64,000 nucleotides of DNA from an uncultured Hormoscilla sp. (GCA_963921275.4 OZ001293.3:3648001-3712000); one strand, 5' to 3'; positions 1-13,496 are shown, counted from the first letter of the stretch. A program made the numbers and translations. The notes: generated by a model not told the origin, from the letters alone.

Positions 1-599
1 GCCGCTATTCGGGATTCCAGAGTTGCTACCAGTTCTTCATCCGTGGCAGCTTTGGGCAATACTTGCAACAGTAGCCCCCCGGCAGCTTGTACTCTCTGGT
101 GGTCAACAAAAATGCCCAATACTAGAGCGGAAGGCGTTTGTTCTGAGGTTACCAGGTAATGGGTGAGGTCGTCGCCAATTTCCCCAGAAACCAATTCCAC
201 GGTGCTGGAGTAAGGGTAGCCGTATCCCACATCTCGGACGACGTAGAGGTAGCCATCCCGTCCGACGGCACCGCCGACATCCAGTTTGCCGTTCTCCTTG
301 GGGGGCAATTCTACTGAGGGGTTGTGGACATAACCGCGCACCGTGCCATCTAACCCAGCATCTACAAGAATTCCGCCTAAAGGTCCATTGCCCTTGATGT
401 TAATGTTGACTCTTGATTCTGGTCGCTTCATGCTGGAGGCTAGTAATAGTCCAGCGGTCATGGTCCGACCCAAGGCCGCAGTTGCTACGTAGGACAGCTT
501 GTGCCGCTGTCTCGCTTCTTCCGTGAGGCGGGTGGCGATCGCGCCTACTGCTCTGATGCCACCGTCGGCGGCTATGGCGCGAATTAGCTGATCGGCCAT
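1..599 (-). CDS. hslO: Hsp33 redox chaperone (C-terminus runs off the window)
   Basis: Manual translation from ATG at 599: MADQLIRAIAADGGIRAVG...HKLSYVATAALGRTMTAGLLLAS...GNGPLGGILVDA...ELVSGEIGDDLTHYLVTSEQTPS, typical of HslO. Confidence 0.93.
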   Translation of the reverse strand, partial: MADQLIRAIAADGGIRAVGAIATRLTEEARQRHKLSYVATAALGRTMTAGLLLASSMKRPESRVNINIKGNGPLGGILVDAGLDGTVRGYVHNPSVELPPKENGKLDVGGAVGRDGYLYVVRDVGYGYPYSSTVELVSGEIGDDLTHYLVTSEQTPSALVLGIFVDHQRVQAAGGLLLQVLPKAATDEELVATLESRIA

Positions 600-769
600 A
601 ATTTCCTTACATTTCTTATACTTTCAAGCTTCTCTTTATTGTAGAACGTCTGGGGGGTGGCTGCGGAGAGCGTGAATTAAGAAACCCGGTAATTCCGGCA
701 AAACCTGGTTTCTGGACGCTTGACTCTGCCATACTGAAATTGGATGTGATGAAGATGGGAATCTCTTCT

Positions 770-1162
770 ATGTTAGGAAATTTTCAGTCTAGCAATCTGC
801 GGATCGAGATGTCAGCGTCAGAAACGGCTATTCGGGACAGTTTGATGCGTCCGGAGAGCTTGCGTCAATGGCTTTGGCCCCAGCGGTTGTCGGACGGGTT
901 GCCAGAGGCATTAGAGTCAGGGTTGAGCCTTACTACCTGGATCGGTCCAGTGGCGATCGGGCATCATGTGGAAATCGCTTCGGACAACTGTCTGCGGATG
1001 ATACTATCTCAGGGAATAGACGGCTTTCACGAGTGGATGTGGGGGGAAGGCTGGGTGCAGTCGAGACTGGAGGGAATCACCCTGCTACCCTTAAATTTGG
1101 GTCAGACTCTGAGTTTACTGCGGTTGCGGGAGTTTTTGACCACGATGAAAACTGAGTTGTAG
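770..1162 (+). CDS. Conserved cyanobacterial hypothetical protein
   Basis: ORF 740..1162, likely start ATG 770 (MLGNFQSSNLRIE...GIDGFHEWMWGEGWVQSRLEG). Confidence 0.7.
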   Translation: MLGNFQSSNLRIEMSASETAIRDSLMRPESLRQWLWPQRLSDGLPEALESGLSLTTWIGPVAIGHHVEIASDNCLRMILSQGIDGFHEWMWGEGWVQSRLEGITLLPLNLGQTLSLLRLREFLTTMKTEL

Positions 1163-1169
1163 GTAAGCT

Positions 1170-1412
1170 ATGCTGACAAATTACATCTATGCAGCGATGA
1201 GCTTGGCAACCTACGAGTTACTGGATGATGGAACTTTCTATGGCAAAATTCCTGACTGTCCGGGTGTATGGGGCAATGCCGAAACCCTGGAAGCTTGTCG
1301 AGAGGACTTGCAAGATGCTCTGGGAGGATGGATTATTTTAGGGCTACGCTTGGGTCATACTCTACCGATCGTCGATGGTATTGACCTGAACTTTAGCAAA
1401 GAGGTCGCCTGA
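1170..1412 (+). CDS. hicB: HicB-family antitoxin
   Basis: MLTNYIYAAM..YELLDDGTFYGKIPDCPGVWGNAETLEACREDLQDAL..WI. Confidence 0.85.
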   Translation: MLTNYIYAAMSLATYELLDDGTFYGKIPDCPGVWGNAETLEACREDLQDALGGWIILGLRLGHTLPIVDGIDLNFSKEVA

Positions 1413-1441
1413 GGCCCCAATTTGGACCAATTAAGTGGTGA
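1410..1441 (+). pseudogene. Remnant of the cognate HicA toxin 5' end
   Basis: Directly after hicB the sequence reads PQFGPIKW then stop, like cyanobacterial HicA starts (MPxFGPIK); no ATG and the rest is missing. Confidence 0.4.
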
Positions 1442-2054
1442 CCTTTGGATCGCTGAAAGCCTTAACAGACAATAGTTCTTCAAAGAACTTCGCACTGTCT
1501 AGTAACTTACACGTTATTCTTTTACATCTTTAATATTCTCTTAAATTCCTCCAGAGTAGGTATTGGTTTTCTCCGGTGAATCATACGATGACAGTTTGAG
1601 CAAAGAACCGTAAAGTCTTGCATTGGATCTAATTTAATCTTGTCCTTACTTAAACTTGATATCGGGACAGTGTGATGTGCTTCTATAAAATCCCTACCTA
1701 TTTCTCCATATCGAACTTCAAAGTTGAAACCGCAAGCTTTGCATGTGTAACCCTGCAACTGCTTTACTCTCTTAGATAAACTCGGATTTCTTTCAATTAC
1801 TTTGTGTATTCTATACTTTCCCAGATTTTCAAACCATTCTTTCTCCTCATAATTTTGAATATTGTTTTTCAAAGACATTTTTTCAAAAAGCATAAAGTAA
1901 ATCTCAAGAATATTCTTGAGATCGTTAATTAGGATATTCTCATCATGTATAGCATCTATGGGATAGAACTTTGATGCTATGTTGCTTGCTTCATAAGCCA
2001 ATCCTAATCTTCTGCTAGTTGTTTTTTTCGGGATAAAATCTAGCTTCAAATCTA

Positions 2055-2927
2055 GGGTGTGTCATCAATCAAATTGCTTGACAGAAGTAGATGGATACGG
2101 TATGGAGTCCTTATCCAGCAATAACAATCAAGAGGGCATGATATGAGACGCTATGGCTTGCGAGACGACCAGTGGGAACGGATCGAACACCTTTTACCTG
2201 GTAAAGAGGGTGACCCAGGCGCTACAGCCAAGAACAATAGATTATTCGTGTTCTGCCGTGTTATATCGATATCGTGCTGGCATTCCCTGGCGGGATTTAC
2301 CGGAGTGTTTTGGGGATTTTCGGGTTGTTCATACCCGCCATACCCGTTGGTCTGAAAAGGGAGTTTGGAAGCAGGTATTCGATGTCTTGGCCTCAGACGC
2401 CGATAACGAATACGCCGCGATTGATGCCACCATCCTGCGTGCCCATCAACGAGCGTGCGGGTGCAAAAAAAAACACCCTCAGATACGTGCGAAACCCAAG
2501 CCATAGGCCGTAGTAAAGGGGGACTATCGACAAAGATTCATGCCACTTGCGATTGCCCAAGGCAATCCCACAGGATTTCATCTTACCCCTGGCCAAGCCC
2601 ACGACGGGAAAGGCGCTGACGTGCTATTGGATAAAATCGGTGAGATTGGCGCGCTGCTTGCAGATAAAGCCTATGATGCGGAACAACGTGTGCTCGAGCG
2701 CCTGAAAGAGGCGGATTGGATGGCTGTCATTCCTCCAAAAAGTAACCGCACAGAACACAGAGAATACGATGAAGAAATGTACAAGTGGCGGCATCTAATT
2801 GAAAATCTATTCCAAAAACTCAAGCAATACAGGGCTCTGGCGACACGCTACGATAAAACGGCTCGCAATTTCTTGGGTGCCATCTACCTCGCGGCAGCTG
2901 TAATATGGCTTAATTGATGACACGCAC
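2055..2927 (+). mobile_element. IS5-family element, copy a1 (frameshifted transposase)
   Basis: TIRs GGGTGTGTCATCAAT / ATTGATGACACGCAC in CTAG context with TA duplication; motifs [39 protein letters not shown]. Confidence 0.92.
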
Positions 2928-3016
2928 TAGTGTAACTGAAAAATCTTTAATTACTTTTGGACCCAGAGTATCTCTTAAAAATATTGCTTGATTTCTTAAC
3001 ATATCTCTTGATTAAA

Positions 3017-5684
3017 CTAAGCCAACGGGTCACCCCGCCGACTCGTCTTCAGAACCGGACGTGAGACTTTCACCTCATCCGGCTCCTCAGTTTCGCCATC
3101 CTTGTCATGGATACGGCCTTTGTCACCATCTCTGGCAGACTTTACATCATGGCAATAATCATGCAGCAACTGTAGGTTGGTATACCAGTCTTTACCTCCT
3201 TTAGAAACTGGTAGAATATGGTCAACCTCCCATTTGTCGCCATCTTTGAATTTCAGTCCGCAGTGCACACACTTACCATCCTGCTCTTTTAGCAGTCTGA
3301 TAACTCTAGCGCTCACATCCGGGCTTTTTCTCAGTCTTTTGCTCCAATAAACCAGATTACCGTCAAACGGGCTAGCTGTCCCCTTAACCTTTACGTGTCT
3401 GTGCGATTCGTTCTAGCCTAACGTGGTCAAACACGGAACGCTAGCCCGGTTTCATTAGCCGGGAACTCTGACCGCATGGGGGTTAAATTCCCCTCCCCCC
3501 AGGTACGGGGGTGACACCGGTCCTCGGTGCTACGAAGCGACATCATCGTGGTGCTAAGCGAGGACTCAAATGTAGGATAACTGGCAGCCTAAGCCGGTGA
3601 CGCCGCTAGGAAAGATATCCAAGGTTAGAGCAGGCAAACATGTGCAAGCCTCGTTATAAGGAACCAGCGAAATAAGGCTATATGCGCTGGCCTAAAAAGG
3701 AAATGGTAGCTAGTATTAGTTTTAGACTCTGGCTAATATAGTACTCAAATAGCTCCCGGGGTATAGTGTGGACCTAAAGGTATCGCGAAATGTTGTTAGG
3801 GAACGAAGTAACCTCTCGTGTGCTGTCCATCAGGACAAGTTAGATGTTAAGCGCAAGCCACGGGGGGAGGGATGGCCCAAGAAGCGAATGCCCGGGGTAA
3901 TTCCTGGGATAACATCTACAGTAATGTAGATGATGCTGGGTAGCCAGCGCTGACGTGGGTCGGTGATACTAGGAAGCTGCTGGAATGAGTAATCCTAAAA
4001 AGCCACGGAACTAATCCGAAACGCAAGTGGAGGATAAGGTATGGATAACTGGTAAAACTGACTTGAAAATGGTGATACTAACGGTTATCAGAACAACCAC
4101 TCGCTAAACCAGGAAAGGGAAGAAAAGACAGGCGGCAAGGGCTAACGGAAGTAATTCCTATTAAGTCTACCTATGAAAAGGGCCTAGTACCCAGTAGCCG
4201 GATGCGGTGAAAATCGCAAGTCCGGTTCCTCAAGGGAGGGTCGGGAAGCGATTCCCGGCTCGACCCCATCCGATTATTTCAGTTTCAGAGTATCGGTTTA
4301 GCTTCATTCCTCCATCTTCTTTAGACTTGCCAGCGAACCTCCACCGGTCTTTCCCGGTCATACCCCAGTACTTACTAGCAATCCATTTGCCCGTTTTGTT
4401 AGGATGTCTTCTCTTTGCCCATCGCCATAACAACTTCCATAAGTAGTTATCCATAGAGCTGTAAGTTTCTTTACTTACCACCGTCCTATAATAGTTGCTC
4501 CATCCCCTTATCATCGGGTTTAGTCTTGCTATTAAGGCCGTTTGCGGTGCCCCTTTATGGCGGCGAACTATCTCTGATAGCTGCTCTTTATGATTCCTTA
4601 TGGATTTATCGCTAGGCTTGATTAGGGTCTTGAATCCTAGGGGGGTTCCGTTACAGAGTTTGCCGCTTCTGTGTTTCCCTACTTTATATTGTCGGATATT
4701 GAACCCTAAGAAGTCAAATCCAGGGCTCTCTCCTTCCAATGTGTGGGATATCTTCGTTTTCTCGGCTTTTTGCTCCAGCCCTATTCCCTTCAACCACTCC
4801 TCAATCACTCCTTGAGCTTCCTCAATCATCGACCGGTCATTATGTATTACCACAAAGTCATCCGCATATCTTACTACGGTTAACTTCTCCTTCTCTCTTT
4901 TTGTGTGAGCGAGACCCATTACTACCCCTTCCAGCCCATGTAAAGCTATATTGGCTAGTAATGGAGATATAACCCCACCTTGGGGAGTTCCGGCTTCTGT
5001 GGATTCCATCCTTCCCCGGTCCATCACCCCAGCTTTTAGCCATGCCCGTATTTGTTTACGGATTGGTGACGTAGTATTCAATTTCTTTAGGAGCGCGGAA
5101 TGGTCAATTTCGTCGAAACACTTCGCAATATCCGCATCTAACACCCATTTCGATTTTTGACTGATGCTAGCGAATATCGCTGCAACTGCATCATGACATC
5201 CCCTACCTGGTCTAAACCCGTAGGAATTGGCTTCCATATACGCTTCCCATTCAGGCTCTAGCGCTTCTTTAACCAATCCCTGAAGTGCGCGGTCGTGCAT
5301 CGTTGGTATTCCTAATGGCCGCTTCTCCTCCCTTCGTGGCTTCGGTATCCACACTCTTCGTGTGGCTTTTGCCTTCGCCTTTCGAGTAACTTTGATTTGA
5401 CCTACCAGTTCGATACGTTCTTTTGGGGTCAGTGCTTTCACACCATCCACACCAGCCGTCTTCTTTCCCTGGTTTTGTTGTGTTACCTGCCGTACCGCTA
5501 TCATCTTCGCGGACCATGACCTATTTAGTAATCCTTGGAGCTTACGAACCTTCTGCTTATTACCTTCCAGTGCCGCTCTGTAAATTCGCTTTTGCAGCTT
5601 AAAAACTATCCTTTCCAGCTTTCGCCAGGCGACAGTCTTCCATTCATACTCTTGTCTTTCGACTAAGTTCCGTGACATATTCAC
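3017..5684 (-). pseudogene. ltrA: Intron-encoded RT/maturase/HNH protein interrupted by an antisense ORF-less intron
   Basis: RPLGIP, GTPQGGVISPLLANI, RYADD in 4272..5684; C-terminus RHVKVKGTASPFDG..CVHC..EVDHILP..NLQLLH in 3017..3400; the parts join to 598 aa. Confidence 0.92.
3401..4271 (+). mobile_element. ORF-less group II intron, copy A (full length, antisense inside ltrA)
   Basis: Starts GTGCGATTCGTTC; domain V TAGCCGGATGCGGTGAAAATCGCAAGTCCGGTTC; domain VI ending CGACCCCATCC; no long ORF. Confidence 0.88.
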
Positions 5685-6044
5685 TACTACTTACAACTTC
5701 ACAATTGACGAGACCGTGAGGGCGTCAGCTTATCCTATCCATTACAGACAGGCATTTGCTTCTCCACTCAATCTCCCCCAGTTGCGTCCTGCCTTCCGGA
5801 GAGCAGATGTTATGCCTGTGGTGGCTACTCCATCTATCGACCGGTGATGGAGAGTGCTACAACCGGGTTACTTCGTTCCTACAGATGATTGGTCGTAACC
5901 TTAGACGGGTTCTCTACGCCGGGTTTATTGTCAGTGCTTATTGGTCGGGTACATCCGCCAATGACCAGTATCCTTTCCCTTTTTGGGCCAGCGTATCAGC
6001 CTTATTACACTGGATAGGCTTTACGACGTTGCAAACCTTCGCTT

Positions 6045-6879
<835 letters not shown>

Positions 6880-7365
6880 TACGCTCATCATAGTTACTTG
6901 CTCGACGATGACCGGTCTAGGCTCCCAGCCATAGCGCCTTTCCTTCCCGCTTCACGGATTGATGCCATCGCTACCGTGGGGAGGGTGCTGTCACTCCTGC
7001 ACCTGGAGGGGCGGGCTTTCACCACCATCACCTGTAAGTTCTCGGGACTTACGAAATCCCGGTAGCGGTCCCCCTCCTTGACTTGTGTCAAGTTAGTTTA
7101 CGCTAAACGAATCGCACATACACCAAGCCCATACTCATCTCTTTTGTCTGCGATACCTTGAATTAAAGAAAGATATACACCAGAAAAATCCACACAAAAT
7201 AAGTAAGCACAGTAAAATCCAGACTTTACACTTTCAGTTATCAGCCTATTGAATATAGCTATCCAAGGAACTTTAGCCCAAGCGCCATTACCTGCTGAAG
7301 CCTTAATACTGTATATATCTGGTAGCCCTAAATATGTCTCCATTGATTGAGGAATTGTGTTTTTA

Positions 7366-8377
7366 ACTCAAGTTGCGACCTATAAAAATTGGATACAAAA
7401 AGCTATGATAAAGAGAATTATTTTCAACTCTAATCCCTTAGATGTAACAGCATGAATTGACTTGGAAAACAAATTGGTGATTCGACTAAAACAGGTTTCA
7501 ACTTGTTTTCTTGTTACTTTTTGTATATATTCAAAACAAGAATATTCTTTTCTTTTTGAGTTCTTTTTTCGCAAAGGTTTTAACATTATACTTGACGACT
7601 CTTTTAGTAAATCCTTTAATTGATAATTATTATAAGCTTTATCTCCATAAACTATTGAATTTGATGGTAAGTCAAAGCCAAAAGATTGCAAAACTTTAAC
7701 ATCATTATAACTACCAGGATCTAGATAAAATTCTATTGGCTTTCCATTTTTGTTTACCAACATATGAACTCTTAATCCATAAAAATAACGTTTTTTACTG
7801 GCAATATACCCTCGATATTCTTCCTTGTTATAAATTTGGCATCTATCAATCCTAATATTATCACATACTGGCACCGGGAAACTATCAAGAATATATTCTT
7901 GACCCGGATTGAGCTCTTTAAATGTTTGAGCTATAACTTGGAAGAAAAACATCCAAATTGGTTCCTCAATATTGTGTAATCGACGATTGAACCTACTTTT
8001 ACTTAACAGATTTTTTATATACTTGTGTTGGACCATAAATTGACAAGAGCGATCGTGGTGTCCTCCGAAAAAATATGCAGCAACTAATCCGACTGTCATC
8101 ACTTCGGCATTGTTCATTTTTACTTGTGGATCTTCTTTTATATTTAACGCTTTTAGTAGCTCGTCACAAAGAACAAAAATTGTTGTAATCATATCTTCCA
8201 TCATCTACATCCCCCAGCAATTAACTATTATTTTAGTACATTATAACCTATAAACAGCCAACCCGCCGTCTAGCACAAAAAAAATATAATTTTGTATCAA
8301 AAGCTACGAAATATCCCAAATATCTGTAAAGTCTAAGTGAGTAATTCATATTTTTTTTAATAGGTCGCAACTTAGGT
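7366..8377 (-). mobile_element. IS982-family element with an apparently intact transposase (7380..8204)
   Basis: TIRs ACTCAAGTTGCGACCTA / TAGGTCGCAACTTAGGT; 6-bp TSD TTTTTA; motifs SRFNRR, LDSFPVPVC, YFYGLRVH, GDKAY, RKQVETCFS. Confidence 0.92.
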
Positions 8378-8456
8378 TTTTTAATATAGCTAGCAAATGG
8401 ATGCCATTTGAATTTATCTTTGCTAGCTATTGGATACTCACAAATTACTTTTTCAA

Positions 8457-9153
8457 GGATAGCTGGCAGCCTAAGCCAGTGACGCCACTAGGAAAGATGC
8501 TCATGGCTAGAACAAGCGAACCTGTGTAAGCCTCGTTAATAGGAACCAGCGGAATAAGGCTTATACGCTGGCCCAAAAGGGAAATGGTAGCTAGTGTTGG
8601 TCGTATTGTTTGGCCAACATCGCACTCGAATAGCTCCCGGGGTATAGCAGGGGCCTAAAAGCATCGAGAAATGATACCAGGGAACGAAGTAACCTCTTGT
8701 GTGCAGTTCGGCTCAACGGGGCCGAACCAGTTAGATGTACGTCCGCGTAGCGTGCGCGCAGCGCATAGCGCAAGCCACGAGGGGAGAGATAGCCCGAGAA
8801 GCTAATGCCTAGGGTAATTCCTATGGATAAGTTGAGGACTGCCTCAACATGCAGACGCGGGTTGGTGAAAGTAGGAAATCTTGGGAAAAAGTATCTCTAA
8901 GAAGCCCCGAAACCTCTAGAAGGTGGGATGACTGGTAAAACAGAGAAAAGAAAAATGGTAATACTTAAGGTTATCTGGCAGCGCCACTTACCAACCAGGA
9001 AAGGGGAGAAATCTCGTGAGATGAGGGACAATGGGAGTAATCCTTAGTAATCCTAGCAATGACAATGCCCTGCTTCCCAGTAGCCGGATGCGGTAAAGAG
9101 AGTCCGGTTCCGAATGGGAGGGTTGGGGGGTGACAATAGGCTCGACCCCGACT
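8457..9153 (+). mobile_element. 5'-truncated ORF-less group II intron, copy G
   Basis: Begins GGATAGCTGGCAGCCTAAG (about nt 175 of copy A); ends CGACCCCGACT; domain V partly deleted. Confidence 0.85.
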
Positions 9154-9855
9154 ATAAGCCAAGCAATTGCCGTTTAACCCCAGTAATTATGGCATTATAT
9201 TGCCAAGGTCGCCTCCTCGTACTATCAGACTGCTCGATCGCACCGCACCCCACGAGCACTATACCTTTTTGCTAGGGGCTACCCAGGCGATCGACCACTA
9301 CCATTATGAATGGGTAAGTTCGGACTGTCAATAGGGCAAAATACTCATTTGCTGGACGAGATCATGTACGGTCAGATCGTTCTTCCTCATCATAGCCGAT
9401 CATCTCCTCATCTGGCAACGCCATTTTTCCCGTTATGTTTTATGAGTTAACCCCCCCGGCCTTCGCAGCGGCCTGACGCAGGAGGGCTAGCAATTTCCAG
9501 CAGTGTCAGGTAGGAGATTGCTTCGAGGGGACTCGCCTCTGGCGTGTTCTGCTTTCTCCTTTTTAACTTCTTCCGCAGTTAATAAAGGAATGCCATAATA
9601 AATAATTTATTGACGAATTTGACTTCCAATTTTCACAAAAATAGAAGCAGATTTTGTTGGCAGTTTTTGGCGATAAATAGAATCGATAAACGCTAAAACT
9701 TGTTCGCCTTCGTCTGGGTCTAAAGCTTGCCATTTATCTAGTAACTGTTCTGTGGTCATCTTGGTTCCTCTTAACTCTATACTAAAATCATAAGCCTCTG
9801 CTTCAACCAGTACCTCAAAGACAGCATTTTGCCAAGAACTGAGGCGTCCTTACTT

Positions 9856-9980
9856 ATTAGGAGTCGAGCTGGGAATCGCTTCGGAACCCTCCCGTTCGGA
9901 ACCGGACTTGCGACTTTCACCACATCCGGCTACTGGGTAGTAGGCCCTTTGTCAATGGTAGGATTACTAGGGATTACCCG
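9856..9980 (-). mobile_element. 3' fragment (domains V-VI) of the ORF-less intron family
   Basis: Reverse complement reads TAGCCGGATGTGGTGAAAGTCGCAAGTCCGGTTC..CTCGACTCCTAAT. Confidence 0.8.
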
Positions 9981-10083
9981 CGCTCCTTCGGACTCAATAG
10001 CTGCCCGCACTGCCGTTCAATCTCGGCACTCATCACCATCGCCGCCCTGTCTACAATCGAAATGGCAGTCACCACAAGCATCC

Positions 10084-11097
10084 ATGAAAATTAGCAGACT
10101 AGGCGAACAAGGACTATTAGAGAGATTACAACGCTTCTGTCCGCAAGAAATCATCTCCGATGACGCAGCAGTGCTAGAGACAGAACCGGGACAACAGCTA
10201 GTAGTCACCACAGATATGTTAGTAGATGGAGTCCATTTTAGCGATCGCACCACGCCTCCGGAAGCAGCCGGATGGCGAGCCGCTGCGGCCAACCTATCCG
10301 ACCTAGCGGCAATGGGAGCGGCACCTCTAGGCATCACCGTCGGACTGGGGATCGCTGGCGACACGCCAGTCGATTGGGTAGAGCGACTCTATCAAGGCAT
10401 GACCGACTGCCTGCAACAATACAATACATATATAATCGGCGGAGACATAGTGCGATCGCCCGTCATCACCCTCGCCATCACAGCCTGCGGTCAAGTCTCC
10501 AGCAAAGCTACCATCCGTCGAGATGCAGCCCAACCAGGAGACGCCATAGTTGTCACAGGGGTTCACGGAGCCTCACGGGCCGGTCTAGAACTACTGCTGC
10601 ATCCAGAACTTGGGCACCAGCTGACTTCAGCAGAACGAGATTTCTTCATCAATGCGCACCAGCGCCCCAAACCCCGACTGGACATTTTACCGACCTTGCG
10701 GGAAATTTTAGATACCCAATCTCAGATCCGCGTAGCTGGCATGGACAGCAGCGATGGTTTGGCAGACGCGATCGTCCAAATTTGTCGCGCCAGTCATGTC
10801 AGTGCCAGAATAACGCGCGAAAACATCCCCCTACCAGCAGCCATCACCCAGCTAGTTTCACCCCAGCAAGCACTCAAATGGGCTTTATATGGCGGCGAAG
10901 ACTTTGAACTTCTACTATGTCTGCCCGCGAAAACAGCCCAGCTGTTAGTCAAACAGCTGGGCCAAGGAGCCGCCACGATCGGCGAGATTCAATCCCCTTG
11001 CCAGGATAAAGGGGCTCCAAGTTTAGTATATACAGACAAAACAAGCCCCGACGAGGTTCTCAGCCTCAGTCGGGGCTTTCAGCACTTCCGAGATTAA
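10084..11097 (+). CDS. thiL: Thiamine-monophosphate kinase
   Basis: [54 protein letters not shown]; start at ATG 10084. Confidence 0.93.
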   Translation: MKISRLGEQGLLERLQRFCPQEIISDDAAVLETEPGQQLVVTTDMLVDGVHFSDRTTPPEAAGWRAAAANLSDLAAMGAAPLGITVGLGIAGDTPVDWVERLYQGMTDCLQQYNTYIIGGDIVRSPVITLAITACGQVSSKATIRRDAAQPGDAIVVTGVHGASRAGLELLLHPELGHQLTSAERDFFINAHQRPKPRLDILPTLREILDTQSQIRVAGMDSSDGLADAIVQICRASHVSARITRENIPLPAAITQLVSPQQALKWALYGGEDFELLLCLPAKTAQLLVKQLGQGAATIGEIQSPCQDKGAPSLVYTDKTSPDEVLSLSRGFQHFRD

Positions 11098-11206
11098 ACT
11101 ATTGGCCCTTGAATCTCCAAATCCTTAAGCTGGCCACTTTTCAGCCACCAGTTCGGCCAAATCAACAACCCGCTGGGAGTACCCCCACTCATTATCATAC
11201 CAGGCG

Positions 11207-11785
11207 ATGAAAATTAGCAGACTAGGCGAACAAGGACTATTAGAGAGATTACAACGCTTCTGTCCGCAAGAAATCATCTCCGATGACGCAGCAGTGCTAG
11301 AGACAGAACCGGGACAACAGCTAGTAGTCACCACAGATATGTTAGTAGATGGAGTCCATTTTAGCGATCGCACCACGCCTCCGGAAGCAGCCGGATGGCG
11401 AGCCGCTGCGGCCAACCTATCCGACCTAGCGGCAATGGGAGCGGCACCTCTAGGCATCACCGTCGGACTGGGGGGGATCGCTGGCGACACGCCAGTCGAT
11501 TGGGTAGAGCGACTCTATCAAGGCATGACCGACTGCCTGCAACAATACAATACATATATAATCGGCGGAGACATAGTGCGATCGCCCGTCATCACCCTCG
11601 CCATCACAGCCTGCGGTCAAGTCTCCAGCAAAGCTACCATCCGTCGAGATGCAGCCCAACCAGGAGACGCCATAGTTGTCACAGGGGTTCACGGAGCCTC
11701 ACGGGCCGGTCTAGTATATACAGACAAAACAAGCCCCGACGAGGTTCTCAGCCTCAGTCGGGGCTTTCAGCACTTCCGAGATTAA
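11207..11785 (+). pseudogene. thiL: Tandem thiL duplicate with an in-frame internal deletion
   Basis: Matches 10084 onward except a +3 G expansion and a ~438-bp deletion removing the DxSDG and GGEDFEL motifs. Confidence 0.88.
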
Positions 11786-11812
11786 ACTATTGGCCCTTGA
11801 ATCTCCAAATCC

Positions 11813-12829
11813 TTAAGCTGGCCACTTTTCAGCCACCAGTTCGGCCAAATCAACAACCCGCTGGGAGTACCCCCACTCATTATCATACCAGGCGATCACC
11901 TTGACCATATCCCCATCCATAACCATCGTCAGACTAGCATCCACGATAGAAGAAGCATCATGTCCGCGATAATCGCAGGAAACCAAAGGCAGGTCAGAGT
12001 ATTCCAGAATACCTTTAAGCGGACCTTGAGCTGCTTCTTGCAGGACTTCATTGACCTCTTCAGCAAAGGTCTTTTTCTCCACCTGCACCACCAAATCTAC
12101 CACAGAAACATTAGGGGTAGGAACCCGCATAGCGATACCATTCAGTTTACCCTTCAGTTCTGGAATCACCAGCGCTACAGCTTTAGCAGCACCCGTAGAA
12201 GTCGGCACAATATTCAGGGCCGCCGCCCGCGCCCGTCGCACATCCCGGTGGGACGCATCCAGCAGGCGTTGGTCGCCAGTGTAGCTGTGGGTAGTGGTCA
12301 TCGTCCCCTTGATAATATTAAATTTTTCGTGCAGGACCTTAGCAAAGGGAGCCAAGCAGTTGGTGGTACAGCTAGCATTACTGACGATCTTGTAATCGTC
12401 GTGATTGTATTGCTCGTGGTTAACGCCCATGACAAAGGTGCCCACATTGCCACCTTTACCGGGAGCCGTAATCAATACTTTCTTGGCCCCAGCTGTCAGG
12501 TGCTTAGAGGCACCTTCCTCGGTGACAAACACCCCAGTCGATTCAATAATCAAATCAACTTCCCACTCAGCCCAGGGCAAGTTCAAGGGGTTGCGATCGG
12601 ATACGCACTTCACCGTCTTACCGTTGACAGTCAGGGAATTGGCATCGGCGCTGATGTCGGCATCGAACCTCCCCAGCATGGAGTCGTATTTCAGCAGGTG
12701 GGCGTTAGTCTTAGGGTCAGAAGTGTCGTTGATCCCCACAACCTCCTGTTTGCTATTCTCCCTGCCCATCCAGCATCGCATGAAGTTACGTCCGATGCGT
12801 CCAAAACCGTTAATCGCTACTCTAATCAC
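11813..12829 (-). CDS. gap2: NAD(P)-dependent glyceraldehyde-3-phosphate dehydrogenase (Calvin-cycle type)
   Basis: [50 protein letters not shown]. Confidence 0.95.
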   Translation of the reverse strand: MIRVAINGFGRIGRNFMRCWMGRENSKQEVVGINDTSDPKTNAHLLKYDSMLGRFDADISADANSLTVNGKTVKCVSDRNPLNLPWAEWEVDLIIESTGVFVTEEGASKHLTAGAKKVLITAPGKGGNVGTFVMGVNHEQYNHDDYKIVSNASCTTNCLAPFAKVLHEKFNIIKGTMTTTHSYTGDQRLLDASHRDVRRARAAALNIVPTSTGAAKAVALVIPELKGKLNGIAMRVPTPNVSVVDLVVQVEKKTFAEEVNEVLQEAAQGPLKGILEYSDLPLVSCDYRGHDASSIVDASLTMVMDGDMVKVIAWYDNEWGYSQRVVDLAELVAEKWPA

Positions 12830-13496
12830 TGTTGGCCCTCTGTATCCTCAATAAATGTCTAATGCGATCGGGTTGCCCGCAACCGCCAGCACTCTCGGTC
12901 CCACCTATCGACTCTAAACCCAAGGCAGATTGTGCTGGCGCTATTGCCATTGCCCTGCTCAAATCTGAAGATACCATAAAAAGCACAGACTTTGATTATT
13001 ATTTCATGTAGCATTAAAAAACTTTTAGCGCTACTGGCCGTTCCCCTTGTTCTCGTCGTTTTTGCTACCCCAGTATGAGGCGCAAGCTACCGAGAGCCAG
13101 TATCATCCAGAGTATGTTTGTCTCTAGACCCATAATCGAGTATCAGTCGCGTCCGGATATAAACCGGTCCAGCAAGTCAAGGATCTGCTCATCACTGGCT
13201 TCGGGGTGAAAGCAGTTGCTGTTTGGCGGCCATTAAATTGCCGCCACCGCCTCGGGCGAGTCCGTGAAAATTGCTGCCCTATTTCTGAAGTTTCGCCCTC
13301 TGAGCGGTATAGATGAAACAACAATCTCTGTGGGAGCCAAAAATGACTCGAATAATTAAACCCAGAGGCCACATACCAATCCCTGAGCACAAAGCTAATG
13401 GTAATCCGGTCAAAGATCCCGCTAGCTATAGAAGATTCCAAGCAATTCTTGATATGATATCGCGTGTTGTTGGTGTGGTATGGTGTCTAAGGAGAT

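Noticed and set aside
9200..9760. Possible degraded toxin-antitoxin pair
   Set aside because: Only a short antitoxin-like start (MTTEQLLDKWQAL) is visible, too decayed to call.
9829..10083. N-terminal extension of the 422-aa thiL ORF
   Set aside because: It is read-through of an antisense intron domain V-VI fragment; both thiL copies start at MKISRL.
11960..12862. 300-aa plus-strand ORF
   Set aside because: Antisense shadow of gap2 with no independent motif.
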